Part shown: piece after piece, positions 9,866-23,016 of the stretch
How the letters are laid out: the number at the start of each line of letters is the position of its first letter
Numbering within the stretch: the stretch's first letter is position 1
Position numbers and translations under genes: made by a program
The notes under the pieces: model-generated
What the model saw: the letters and a program-made list of their open reading frames with translations, nothing else
Databases searched by the model: none
What the model was told of the DNA's origin: nothing
From: Pecten maximus
Taxonomy: Eukaryota
Assembly: GCF_902652985.1 (NCBI RefSeq)
Contig: NC_047020.1
Coordinates: 12,400,001 to 12,464,000 of the forward strand
Length of the DNA: 64,000 nt
Reading direction: 5' to 3'

Positions 9866-12730
9866 GATTTTATACCGTGTCCCATATGTGTGGCGCTACC
9901 TTGTCAATATGTCTCCCACTGCCGTAATCTGCGAGGCTGTTGATAAAAAAAATAAACAAAAACGGACACAAAGGTACCAAATACAATTTTAAAAAAAACA
10001 TCTTGTGGAAAGTTAAAAGGACCTAAATAATTGGTGAAAATGTCGCCTACCAGACTGCCGCATGCTACCTAAATGTTCCTGTCGCAGACGATCTGTACAT
10101 GACGTAAAACACTCCTCCCTGCTTTATCAGCAGACCATACAGCCAGCGACAACATGTAAACATGCGATTTGTCAATGACCTGTCACCTACGTATGTCGAG
10201 GAAAATGTGATTTTAAAATATAAAGGCACAAAATAAAACCTAAGGTAGCACACCACAGTAAGACAGCCTGGCCATGGGCAATTTTTTTGTTAAGCAAATA
10301 ACTCCTGTATTATGATATGTATAAAAAATGAAAAAATAAATGTACACTATAATTGGTATATCCAGTATGAAGTAGTACATACAGGCTTCACATTTATTAA
10401 AACAAAAATCAATAAATTGGTTCCGGATTTTAAATATCCGGATTTTCCGAACGTGTGTTTACACAGGAAATTTAGTTTCGCCTACAGCGCAAAATGGAAG
10501 CCCACAGAAAAGGTAAGATAGCGGAAAAACTTAATTTACAACATATGTCCAAACAAGATTAATTCTGTCTTTGGGATAGAGATATTTAATTTTAAATAGG
10601 TTTCAGAAAAAAAATTGTGTAGAGAATTGTGCCATTTTGGGTCAAATATCATAATATTTTGCAATTTTTGAGAATTTTTTAAGCTGTTACCATGGTATTC
10701 ACAGCTCTAAAAATCACAGAAAATATCAGTTTACTTATCCTTCAGAGCTCTATTAAAATTGCAAATGTTGTACAGATTTCAAATATATATACTTTATTAG
10801 AGGTTATATGTAAGGTTAACTGGCAATGTTTACATATCTAAAGCATGTGCCATATTTTTCAGAATTTGGCATTTTTACTGTACACTGCTACCTTATAAGG
10901 GCTGAAAAATGTTATTTTTTGGAAATTGTGCTTAATTATGCTTGATTAAGCTTCATTTTAGTTCATTATTGCTCAAAAATGCATAAAAACAATTTAAAAC
11001 TTGTTTATTATCAGGCTTGTCATATTAGAGGAATCAAGGGAGGTAACTCGCATATTTACCCATTTTAAGGGTGGGTTAATTAAGCATAATGTTAATGAGT
11101 CAGTGTAAATTGAAAAGATATTCTATGTTTTATAACAAACCCAAAATAACTTATTGGGTATCTAACAAACCATATAGACCGAATTCTGGTTTGTTTTACC
11201 TGATTTATTACCCCGTATCCATGGAAACTATTGCAGTAAGTGTTATTTTTTGAAATATTTGGTGAAACCATTATTTTCAATTTATTTATACATTGGTAAG
11301 CATGTAATTTCAATTGATGGAGTGTACGGTTGATACAATATTGTCAATTATTGTCACTTCCTTCGGTAAAGCAGAAAAAATAGCATTTTCCGCATAAAAT
11401 GGGATCAGCGGACACTTTCATATGATCATTGGTACATATCTGAATTACCGGGGTGGAAACAGATGACTGTGATGTCATAGGCATGACATTTTGAAATCTT
11501 GGATGTCATGTCATGATTTATCAGTTAGAATATTGCATGTGTTGCTAAGCTGAGGTTTGGAAAGGAATTTGGTTATTTATTATGACACCATTGAGTATTT
11601 ATGACGTCATAGATACCATCTGATGACGTCATAGTTACTGATGACGTCATGGTAACTATGACGTCATATTACAAGGCTAAATTTGATAGTTGTATAGTAT
11701 TTTTTGCTTGATTACATGCACAGAGACTCAAAGTACCACATTCAACTCAAAACACAACTTTATTCAAGAGATATACAGAATTATGGGAGTTTTCATCTTT
11801 AAAATTACCTCCCCTTATTACTGGATTGGGAGAAAAAGTTGTCAAAATACACCTCTCAGGGAAATCAGCAATACTCGGTGACATCTAAAGCATGTGCCAT
11901 ATTTTTCAGAATTTGGCATTTTTACTGTACACTGCTACCTAAATGGCACAGCATGTCTAATGGAACTCGGTGCGAATATGATATCAAGTTATGTGCTGCT
12001 ATTGGAAAGTAACGTGGAGACCAGGGAACTTGATGGGAAGAAGGACACACCGACCCTCCGTAGGCATAACGCTCGGTGAATTATTGTATTAAGTATAATG
12101 ACTACTTTTTACAACAATTTCTCGCGAATATTCGTTAATGCAATGTTTCAATAATCCCAACACATCTTACCTGGTAACAACGTTAGAAGAAAAACCGGAA
12201 GCACATGTACACACTAGGCGTCCTTGAGATATTTTTGACACAGGAACATTGTTCACGGGAATTTCGCCCAAACACGGAAGAACATTGACCTGGAATATGT
12301 TTTCACACCACACACAGGATTGAGAAGAACAAAGATGACATTCCGCGCACGATCATGACCGCTTTCGTTTATCGGTTTGACCGATTGGACCACAGTTATT
12401 CGTTAACCTTCACAATATGAATAGAAACATGTATTACACGCAGAAAGATAACTTACTGAGGCGTACAGTTTCACGACATCCAGTTTCACATGCAATGTAG
12501 AAATATCTACACGTAATTATTAATCTGTTGCGGATTGCTTCAAAGGAGGTTTGGACGCATACCTGTGGTTTGGATTTCACGATTCACATCATCATAAAAT
12601 ATGATCTTTACCTAGGTACTATGTAATGTCTAACTGTAAGTATGGTACGGATCACCTAAAGACCACATATTAGACACAGGGCAATTACAGTTGTTTGGTA
12701 GTTGGTAGTTTACTTCGTAAACCTCTCAAA

Positions 12731-12933
12731 TATGGCGCGGGAAGAATGTCATAATTATATATTAATTATTGTTGCCTAGGCAATATTCGAAACAAAATCA
12801 TTTTTGCCTAGGCAGAAATAATTTTGCCTAGGCAAAAATCGAATATTGCCTAGGGTGAAATATTTTTGTTTAAGCAATATTCGATTTTTGCCTAGGAAAA
12901 ATTATTTAATTATGACATCCTTCCCGCGCCATA
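12731..12933. mobile_element. MITE with TATGG...CCATA termini and 6-bp TSD (IS3EU-like non-autonomous element)
   Basis: ~27-bp TIR TATGGCGCGGGAAGAATGTCATAATTA / TAATTATGACATCCTTCCCGCGCCATA; CTCAAA at 12725-12730 and 12934-12939; internal TTGCCTAGGCAA palindromes. Confidence 0.8.
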
Positions 12934-15930
12934 CTCAAACACAATTTATCACTGTATGTTATTCATTGTTTTTAACAATTTGACCTATAGCATACATCCT
13001 ACAATGCAGCTTTAATCAATCCGACCCACATACATGTAGTGTATAACTTAACAGATTTTAAAATTTGCAATAGATATATAATAATTTTAATAATAAAAAC
13101 TCATTTAAAATTAAGAAAAACAAACTAGTACACCTGTTCCTTTTACAATTATGTAAACAGGATACCAGGTAATTTGTTAACTGAAGTGAATCTTAATATT
13201 AAAATTACATTTTGTTTTTGAAGACCTCCCAGCTAAAACTCTTCATACGTCACTTCCGGTATATGCAAGGCTCATCACACTCCGTCCCTGTCAAACAAAT
13301 GTATTTCGCCAAATTGAGAGATATGACAATAAATGACAGGGTATATATACACGACTCGGTCAATCTAATCAAACACGGCACTGATTAGAGAGATGTTATT
13401 GGACCATCACTGGACATAACAGCTCCGGACGATGCTGCACTGATTAGAGAGATCATTACTGGACCATCACTGGACCATCACTGGACTTCATAGCTCCGCA
13501 CGATGCTGCACTGACCACGGGAAAGCAATAACTATCTTTGATGGTATAACATTTCCAACAGGGGAGCCTGTTCATCAGCAAATTGTTAATATATATCAAT
13601 TTTGGAAATATCGATATTCGCACTAAGGGGTGATATAGAGTGCTACAAATGTATACCATGAGGTAATATATTAATCAAACTCTCGGATATATATTAATTA
13701 GAGGTATTCCATTCTGTGTTTACCGCATGTATGTAGGTAGGCCTCACTGCCCGCCGCACAGAACTTGAAAAACACAATTATTGCATGGTATCCGATCCAT
13801 TACTGCCGACTGTTAGGCATATAGGGATCCATCTATCGATATTGCTAAAATGTGAAACATCGCGGCACATCTATAACAAACCCGCTGTTAAAGTGCATGG
13901 CTTTCATAATATCAATGTACTAAAGTTAGAATTACACGTTTTGTGTTCAAATCAGTAATGGACGAGTCAATACCTAAACAGCTTATAAGTATTATTTATC
14001 TGTGAATTGTTTTGTCAGGTTTTGTCTGCCTAAGTATCGTTTTATTTACTGGAATCCTACCTATTGGACGCCGTGCTAGATTAGACTATTTCGTGGCTAT
14101 AGAAAATCGAAGTTAGCTAAAAGACCCTTGGTATTTGTGAATGTTAGTGGGAAAATAACCTTTGTTGATCACTGAACTTAAAAATCATATATAACGAAGT
14201 TTGGAAAAATGTCAAGGTCTGATGAAAATACCACTTCTTATTAACAGGTGCGCCGTCAATAGCGGCAGAAACACCGACTGATAATTAGGGCATGTCGAGG
14301 GTCCATTAAGAGAAGAAAACAGTATCTGTGATGAGGTGAAAACAACATTCCTGACAGTCTTGGTACTTAGTTTTCTTTAAATATATTCCTACTCGATGTC
14401 TAACAGCTGATCTCGATTTAAATTTATTCTAGTGTGACGAGTTATTACCATCTATTAAAAGCTCCGCGAACAAAAATACCCCGCCGTAAAAAGATTTTTT
14501 ACAAATAAAGATAAAAAAAATCGATGAAAATGATATAATTTAACGTGCAGTAGCTAATGGCGGGGAAATCCTAGAACTGAAATCTCTACCCATCGCTGGT
14601 GTTTGGCTGTATGGGACGGTGATGATTATGTTTTCGTTACATGTTGGCTGGAAGGCCATGTGTGTTGAGCAATAAAAACGGGAAAATATACAGATTATTG
14701 ACTTTCGAACGAGAAACCATGGAAATAAAGTAGAATATTCAATATTGACATAATGTTCTGTAACTGATTTTATCGTTGATGAAACAGAAGGCGTTTACTC
14801 TCCCGGAATACCTGGTCAGATTGATATTTTTGTTTATGCTTTCGTTCTTATGTCGGTATTCATTTTACAAACACACACATGTAAACGAGAATTACTCGAG
14901 AATTATTGTTTAATGTTATACTATGTACAATACATTTCCGGCTCAATAACTAGACATATCAATGTGTTGGCAATTTCGGAATATTATATTTCAAATCAAG
15001 ATCTGATATCAACAAAAGGCCTTATAACAAAAGAATTACAAATATATAAAAAGTCAGTACCACTAATCGATACAGAAGTGTACATTGTATTTTACGGCAT
15101 TCAAACTATTCGCAACATCCAAGGTAAAATGGAAACGTGTGGCTTGGAGACACAGACTGGACAAATCACGACACACGAAGAAACGTCCAGAGTCATATGG
15201 AAACGTGTGGCCAGGGAACGTGTGGCCAGGAGACATAGACTGGGGAAAGGATCAGACAGGAAAAGAAGCATTAGATGAAGATCCGAAGTGTTGAGATCTG
15301 TGATTGACTCTCAATGTCTGTAAACAGCAGACCAATGTTTTCACTAGTCGCTCCCTACGGTCAACATACAACCTCATTCTCGATTTCCTCAATGTCTAAG
15401 AGACAATGGATAAAGACCTCCGATCCAGAAGGGAAGGTCTTCCGACATTTAGCGAGATACATCAGGTATACTCTGTTCCGTTCAAACACGGGTAAGATAT
15501 GCAAGTAAGTAAATACATTAACACATCGTTATATACAGCAATACAAGTAGTATCTTATAACCGGAGGCAAAACTGTAATGTAAACATCCGGTTTCTAAAA
15601 TTCGGCTAACTACATTGCAGTACGCTAATATCACAAAAGCTTGTTTTTGCACTTACTTGAAAACTACATCAAAGAAATGTTATACATACTTTATAACTAT
15701 TGTCTTTAAATGATGTGCTAGAGTAAGACATGTGTTATACAATCCATTGACTCGGTAACAAACGTCTGTGTTATCCAAAGTACCTTGTCATCATCAACTG
15801 GACTTGTCCTCGTTGGTTTTAATGAATATTTTCGCTCATAGCCTTTTGAATTCATTATAATGAAGTTTTGTTTTGCATGTGTTTAATTAAATAGCATTAA
15901 TCGAATAGTGTTGATGGTAAGCCTTTGTAT

Positions 15931-16206
15931 TCAGAGCCTTGTCCCTAAATACCACGACCAGTAGAATATGTGGAAGAGTCCGAAAGATCCCGGGAAAACA
16001 AGACGTGACGTCAGATCTATTTTACTGACACTGTTAAGATCAGAACGTCCAGACTTTTGGGCGCGGTACGATCCCACAATGCAACGCCAGAAATTCACCG
16101 GGCAATGATGGTGAGTTTTATTCTGGTAGCTAAAGATACTTGTTGTCACGCGTCCGTTTCCTTGGTGATCAGGAAGGATCAACCGATGTGGTGTCGTCAT
16201 CATATT
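15931..16206 (-). CDS. Receptor last coding exon: M3-M4 loop and M4 (NSVSKIDLTSRLVFPGSFGLFHIFYWSWYL...*)
   Basis: Acceptor CAG at 16207-16209; TGA at 15931-15933; typical SKID..SR..FP..F....YW..Y M4 signature. Confidence 0.92.
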   Translation of the reverse strand, partial: NMMTTPHRLILPDHQGNGRVTTSIFSYQNKTHHHCPVNFWRCIVGSYRAQKSGRSDLNSVSKIDLTSRLVFPGSFGLFHIFYWSWYLGTRL

Positions 16207-17957
16207 CTGTAATATAAAGCACATTAACTTATTACGTGTGACTCAGTATTTAAAAATAAAAATATAAAATCGGGTAAGAAGGAAGAGATACCAAGGGGAA
16301 CGATAACGTGTTTTTATGTCCACTGTGTATTTGATATTCTTTTGAAAAGATAGCATTGCAGACTAGTGTCGCCTCCTAGGCCACACTCATAACCCCTAAC
16401 ACTACCTGTATGACGCGGCTCATTTAAGTTTTAGCTCCTCTGTATTTAACTCTAAATTTGTATAGAAAGGTAACGTTACTAATAAGTTTTGTGTCTTTCC
16501 TAAACATCATTAACAAGAAACTTCATATATGCTTTATAAATTTTATATCTAATTCACCAGACTTCGGAAGATGAAGAAAAATGGTAAAATACAGCAATTT
16601 AGTTCATTCATACTTCACGCTTCGTAGAGTAGTTTTTTTTTCCGTGTTAACGCAGATGCATACTAAAGGGACGAGGTAATTGATACACAGTGTTCCTGTA
16701 TACAGCCGTACACCTTAAGGGAATCACTATAACCATGCCAAGATGTGTGTTTCATTGTTGGACTTTATCTCATTAAACGCTGTATATAATTTACAATGGG
16801 GTTATACGGGACGAAAAAACGTCAACCTGAATATCGAGTTGGTATCAATATGTACTCAAAATAGAAATCATATATTACTATGCTTCGCAAGCGTTGAGCA
16901 AATAGTTTCCTTTTGTTGACAAAAATGAATGCTTCCAAATAAAACCATCTTACACTCTGTGGCTAAATAATGCGATTGATTCAGATTGTCTCCGAAACTT
17001 TCTCCTGTACAATTTAAGTTTGAAATTGAAATGACAATTCAAAGGCAATTGGCAGTTTCATCACATTTCATTTTCACTATACTTCATAAAGTTACCCTAC
17101 ATTTCAATACCACAATACAATACAATGTCTGCCATCTTAAAACGACAGAATTCGAGGAAAATTAAAATTCCAAATGCGATATTGATTTTGACGTTTCTCC
17201 GTAGAGTACGTAGAAGCTATTTAAAACCAATTTCACAGAGATGATGGAGGCTACAAACATATACATTAAACACTATCGGATAAGGTATGGATAGCTACAG
17301 AATGGGGGATATACACAGGGCTGAGCTTTTTAATGTTATCTTAAAACATGTCTTTTTTCGATTTGATTGATTACAATTCTACTAATCAAAAATTACATTA
17401 AGGGGTGTAGAAAGTGACAAATACACGGTAAGGTGTTGACAACCAACGTACTCAATAAAACTATGGAAACCAGCACCGGTCTAAAAGACGGGTTTATATT
17501 TTGTTATGTCACAATCACAGCACTATTGATTTGTGATGTCACAATAGTGACCAGACCCTTGGGTCAGCTAAAATGCGATAGGTATGGGATACCCGGTATT
17601 TCACCTTGGTATAACGTTATCAGAAAATGGTAATTGGTTAGATCATGTTAATTATATCATAATTAAAGCTCCTAGCAAATTAAATATACTGCGATTACTC
17701 TAATTCAAATTAGATAGACGTTCTTTACAATAAATTTCGTTTATTCGCCCTATATTAGAGTATGCTGACGTCATCTGGGACTGTATCCCATACGAATATG
17801 TTAAAAGCTCGTATAAGTTGTACATATATTGTTAAATGGAAATTGACAATTGAAACACAATTTAAACTAACCCGGTATGACGGGTAATAAAGGTCTTTCA
17901 ACATTGCGACGAATTAAATCTAGCGCCACATGTGACAACAATCCAATGTATGAAAGA

Positions 17958-18042
17958 AAAACAACAACTAAACAACAACAACTAAACAAAACACAACAAA
18001 ACAAAAACAAAAACAAAGAAACAAAAACAAAACAAAAAACAA
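17958..18042. repeat. A-rich (CAA/CAAAAA)n microsatellite; a similar tract lies at 18518-18570
   Basis: Direct inspection. Confidence 0.8.
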
Positions 18043-20337
18043 TATTTTATATTGCAAAATCATGTTCGGCGGAATCTTATCTGATATGAACAGCCTTCCA
18101 ATTTTAAACGACTATTTCATGCTCGCAGTTCTCCATCCGAGAGCTAAATCGGTGCCACCGCCACCGTCTGTACTGCTGTTTCTAAATTGGCGAGTCCGCG
18201 ATCTTTAATTCAATCTACGGATATCCGAAGATTTGCAAATTGGATAGAAGGCACGGAATCTAATCAAATTCCGAGCATGGGAGGGAAAAGTAGAATAGCT
18301 GAATTCCTGGATTTCGTGCGGATAAGGTGACTTTTTACTATCAGAAAATTAAATTGTTCAACTTTTAAATTGAAACCAATGTTCAGGATGTAAAAGGAAA
18401 TGTGACCTTTATTTGGTATGATGAGAGTCGAGAAGTAGCGGATGTGTCATGCCAGTCATACAACAGACAGCATTTGTTTGAAGCCGGATATCTGATACAG
18501 ACCATACCCACGAGTGAGAAAAAAAAACAAAAACAAAAACAAAAACAAAAAACAAAAAACAAAAACGAAACTAATTACAAACACTAAAATGAGGACATAT
18601 GATTTGAACTTTCAAACATGCGCTAAGCCCACCCAAGCCAGCTAGAGTAGATCTCTATTGCAAAGCCTTTTCGACAGAAGCGTTTAGGGTCATTTGGGAT
18701 TGCATTAACGACTAAACTGGGATTTAGTATAAGAAATTCCAGCTGGAATAAATAAATAAAATATGGAACAGAGACTCCGTTGCTGCACTCTTTAACTATA
18801 AAAAATTGGTATTAGGACAGTAGAAATAATTCCTGGAGAAATCGGAGGAATCGATGAACTCTATCATCATGCTTTCTATTTTGTACTACCAGTGGGTTTA
18901 CGACTGTATTGAAGGACAGTTAACGATTTATAATAATAATACCGATTGTACAAATATGTAGCGATCTGATAGTTTTCATTTGCTCTGTGGTGTATTGTCA
19001 CTATAATATCCTCACGAAACAAAATGTTATCAGACAATAATTATCATACAATGCCCTTTGGTGTAGTGATATGATGAAAAGTAACCGTGACGTCGAGACG
19101 TTGTTTTGTATACCGTCACTATATTTTAAGTGTACTTTTGACGTCAAGAAAGTTCGTGCTACCGGATTAAAAAACCCCGATCGATCAATGCAACTTACAA
19201 ATATGTATGTAGTTATATATAGCAGGTGATTATGCTAACGGTGGAATATATTGATTATAATGTTGATATAAATTATCGGGAACGGTCACGTGTAGTCGTG
19301 ACGTCACAAAAATAGTTCTCACTGATAGCGCGAAATTTGATTTTGGAATTCGATAACACGGTTGTAGATGAAAAAAAAAAGAATAAAAACTTTAACTTGA
19401 AACGGAAATATGAGTTTAAAACTGCTTTCTTTGGAAAGGTAGTATCCTATTATCTCAGAGGGTTGCAGACAAATTAGCCATGACTCGCTAACGCGCTAAG
19501 TTATTCAATATGTCTGAAGTCCTGTGAGAATCATAAGACAATACTCCAAAGAAGTTTTATACTTATGATGAATAAGCGCCAAAATCAGAGTTTTAGTTTT
19601 AATAAATAGCTCATTTACAACACGCATTTTAATACTAAACATAGGATGCTCTTCACGTTGGAGTTTAATGATAGTGATAGGTTTATCTACTTTGTATGAC
19701 TGTACGAGGTAGATATGATGAAGCTCCAAAGTACTCAAGACGGCTAATGACAGTGACGGTACCAGTGACCACAACCATTTTAGTTATTGTAGCTTAAACT
19801 AGGCAAAAGGACTTAACGCTTGCCATAACACGGGGGGCTATTAGTTATAACACTAGGGCTGTATGAAACTCACATTCGTGTGCTGAACGTTATTTGGATG
19901 TTGGCATTATAAGCAGTCGAAGTACATCCATTTCGAAGTAGGTATGGCATCACTTTGGAGACTATTATTGATAAATAAGAAACTATAAAATGCAGAAAAA
20001 GAGTTAAATTAATTAACTTCTAAACCATTTTTAAACTGACAAACATTTCGACGATAACACGATCAATATCCAGCATGTGTTTGAGGATTTCGCATCATAA
20101 TCTCACGAATCAAGATGTACAACATACCACGGATAGAACATGTGAAGGTATCTATTTCATATTTACCTTCAATTCCTAGAATGCCTCAGTAATATTACTG
20201 TAGCATAGAAATGTCAAGGTTAGGATATGTTTTAATTGAATAAAAAGTATCCAGGTAGGGTTAGGTTATCGCCTAAATCAACACCAGAGGAGTAAAGAAC
20301 ATTGTACATGACATCTATACCGATAAGGACTCATTAC

Positions 20338-20549
20338 CTGTGTTTCTTCTTCCTTTCTCTCCTCGCGAGGCTTCGAGCTCACAATGATTTTGGTGAAGGA
20401 GTTGACGGCTGCGTACTGGATCATGGCGGCAAGATTGTACACTAAACACACGTACAGGTACACATCCAGGGCGGTAGCATACGGCACGCGCGGAAGTCCG
20501 TCACGCTGCAACATGCCAATAGCTGCCGTCGATAGGATTGTCGTCATTC
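20338..20549 (-). CDS. Receptor exon: M2-M3 (GMTTILSTAAIGMLQRDGLPRVPYATALDVY...QYAAVNSF...)
   Basis: Acceptor AG at 20550-20551; donor GT at 20336-20337; LPRVPYATALD M2-M3 linker. Confidence 0.93.
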
Positions 20550-20702
20550 CTACAAGGAAGATCATTGTATGATCATTGCTATTATGAAGACATCGAGACA
20601 CTGTAAAAAGAATTTTCCATTCCATTTTTAATTGCCTTATTTCATTACTTGGAGTTTCAATACACAATGCATTTAATATTACAAGCAATGGAAAGGGATC
20701 TC

Positions 20703-20777
20703 TTACCTACACGGGTGTTACAACGGAGCGGTCAACGATCCATGAACTGACCAAGCTCGACGCTGCTTAACTTCGGT
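20703..20777 (-). pseudogene. 5S rRNA-derived fragment (pseudogene or SINE3 head)
   Basis: The minus strand reads ACCGAAGTTAAGCAGCGTCGAGCTTGGTCAGTTCATGGATCGTTGACCGC, matching the box A / IE / box C region of animal 5S rRNA with mismatches. The 5' third is missing. Confidence 0.7.
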
Positions 20778-20849
20778 TCACACACACACGACATTCAACT
20801 GCGCAATTAAAAAAGCTAGATATTGGACTATGTAGTTGAAATGCCCATA

Positions 20850-22880
20850 TCCATGAACCATCGCATTGTCTAAGTAATCCATACATATGTCCTAATGTAA
20901 CCCGACCAAGACTAACTCTGTAAGCCTTTCAAACGTGGCTGGTGTGCAACACAAGCCAAATGACATCACCCGAAACTGAAACAAGCCCTTCCTGGTGGTA
21001 GAGGCTGTTTTTGGTCTGTCTCTCGGATTCATCGCAACCTGCCAATAGCCTGAGCAAAGGTCAAGTGTAGTGACAACCAGCTAGCTTATCAAGCGTGCCG
21101 TCAACGGTCACGTCATTTAGATGATGATAGTCGACGCAGAAACGAGTGGTGCCGTCTTTGTTTTTGAACAGTTCCACACCAGAGGAACATGGGCTGGTTG
21201 AGCGTTCAGTGATTTCCTTTGTCAACATATCCTCTACACGTTTGTCTTCTTACTCTGACTGATGGACAGGAATGCGTCTCATTGCTTGATAGGCCGTAAG
21301 GTGGCCGTGTCTATTTGTTGTTTAATTTCAATTCTTCCGAAGTCAGCATCTGTTGCGGTAAAAGCACCCTTGTACCGGAATAATAATTCTTCCGCTCGAT
21401 TTGCTTGTGCTTAAATGGATTTTTGATAGTTCCAGCAATTGCTTGATCTGTGGTCGTTCACCGTCCAGTTCCTCCGACTCTGTTTCCCGTTGTAAGCATT
21501 CTCCCTCTTGCAGCACAAGTACCAAGATAAATCGTATGTGGTGTATCAGCCGTATTCATTATACGGATCGGAACAGTAGTTTTGTGAGTGACCAGAGAAC
21601 TGGCTACCAGTGATCTATCCGACTTCAGGAAAACTTATGATGCCTCAAGTACGAGATCCGTTGTTCGTTCCAGCGTGCCAACAGGTACTATGATACGTCC
21701 AGGAATGATTAATTCGCTGCGGATGTAGAGCTCCACTTTAGAACTCACACTCACTCGGTAACACATTCTTTTCCTCGAAATTGGGCAGGCACAATAACGC
21801 CGTCCATCATCATCTGTCTCTTGTCCATGTCAACAATGCAGCGATTATCCACGAGAAAATCCAACCCTAGGATTCCATCAACGTTGATCTTGACTACAAC
21901 CGCCTTTGTGAACCTCTCATTATTGAGAATCTACCTTTGCTAATCTTTATCTAAAGGTTCTCCGCTACTGTATTGCTTGTCTGAGATACTTGGTGTAATG
22001 CTTGCCTAGTCGTCATTTTCTTATAAAGCCAGGCGGAGATCAGCGTAACTGTTGCCCCATTATTGAGCAGAAGATTACATTACTTGAATAGACACATGTA
22101 TGAACATTCCGCCTTCCTAGTACAGGAGGCAGCTCTAACTGGACGCGCATCGTCGCTAACACTGGTCGTTGTTGGGACCCGTTCATTTGTGTGCTTAATT
22201 GCGCTTGATATGCCCTTCCTTGTTGCAACAATAGCAACGGAATGTTTGGATGTCTAAACACCACTGTCCTCTTTCTTGGTTGCTGAAGCGGTGCCGGATT
22301 TCAAGTGAGAGATATCCCTCTGCAATGTTTCCATCTGCTCCGTCAATGCTTTTATCATGGATTTCAGCTTGCCACCAGCTGCACTGTCCCCATTCTCATT
22401 ATTTTCCGAAACGTTTTGGCACAGGAGACCAGTCCCATCATCCTTACGCTTTTCTGCGCGTTTAAATGTCTCTACCGCTAGATACACAGCTTCTTTCAAG
22501 GTCTTTGGTCTGCCACTTTATTCTGACACGCGTATCCACGTCATTTAAAGCATCAGTTAACTGCTTCTTGGCCAGTGTTTCACGCACCTCCTCCGATGCT
22601 GTAGGATACGCAAGTATCTTTAATCTCCGTAGTCATACCGTGGTGGAGGACATCCTGGATACATTTCCGTCTCACGCTGGCTAGCTCGAGCTCCATACCT
22701 ATCGTAACCTCTGAAATTCAGGCTACTATAGTAGTCGGTATAGGGGGTTCGTTACAAAGTCATGTTTTGGGATTCGAGATATTTTCTAAAAAACAAAACA
22801 AATGTAATGCCGCCGGGGCGTACAACAATAAGTAACACTTTATTTGGTGGTCGTCTGACCACTACGTAGCTATCTACATT
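20850..22880 (-). mobile_element. Decayed Ty3/Gypsy (LTR remnant, gag with zinc knuckle, protease, partial RT)
   Basis: Minus-strand fragments: LAYPTASEEVRETLAKKQL (gag), RCYCCNKEGHIKRN* (CCHC), DGILGLDFL (protease), KDGTTRFCVDY and TLDLCSGYWQV...SFGLCCTPATFERL...YLDN (RT). Many stops and frameshifts. Confidence 0.85.
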
Positions 22881-23016
22881 ACTGAACACAGGGATTCCGA
22901 CCACTGTGTATTGCAGCTCTGTTACTAGTAGTGCGGTAACGGTATTAGGAATCCCTGTTCATCCTCATTTCAAGGATAGTGTTTGTGTCACACGGCATGG
23001 CGCTAGTAGAACTTAC

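Noticed and set aside
9636-9992. Overlapping Cys/Val-rich ORFs
   Set aside because: Translations of a 22/23-bp minisatellite.
10516-11882. Possible interspersed DNA element
   Set aside because: Looks repeat-like, but I could not define termini or a TSD.
14850-15278. 142-aa plus-strand ORF
   Set aside because: No domain motifs; lies in or near the probable 3' UTR of the receptor gene on the opposite strand; partly short repeats.
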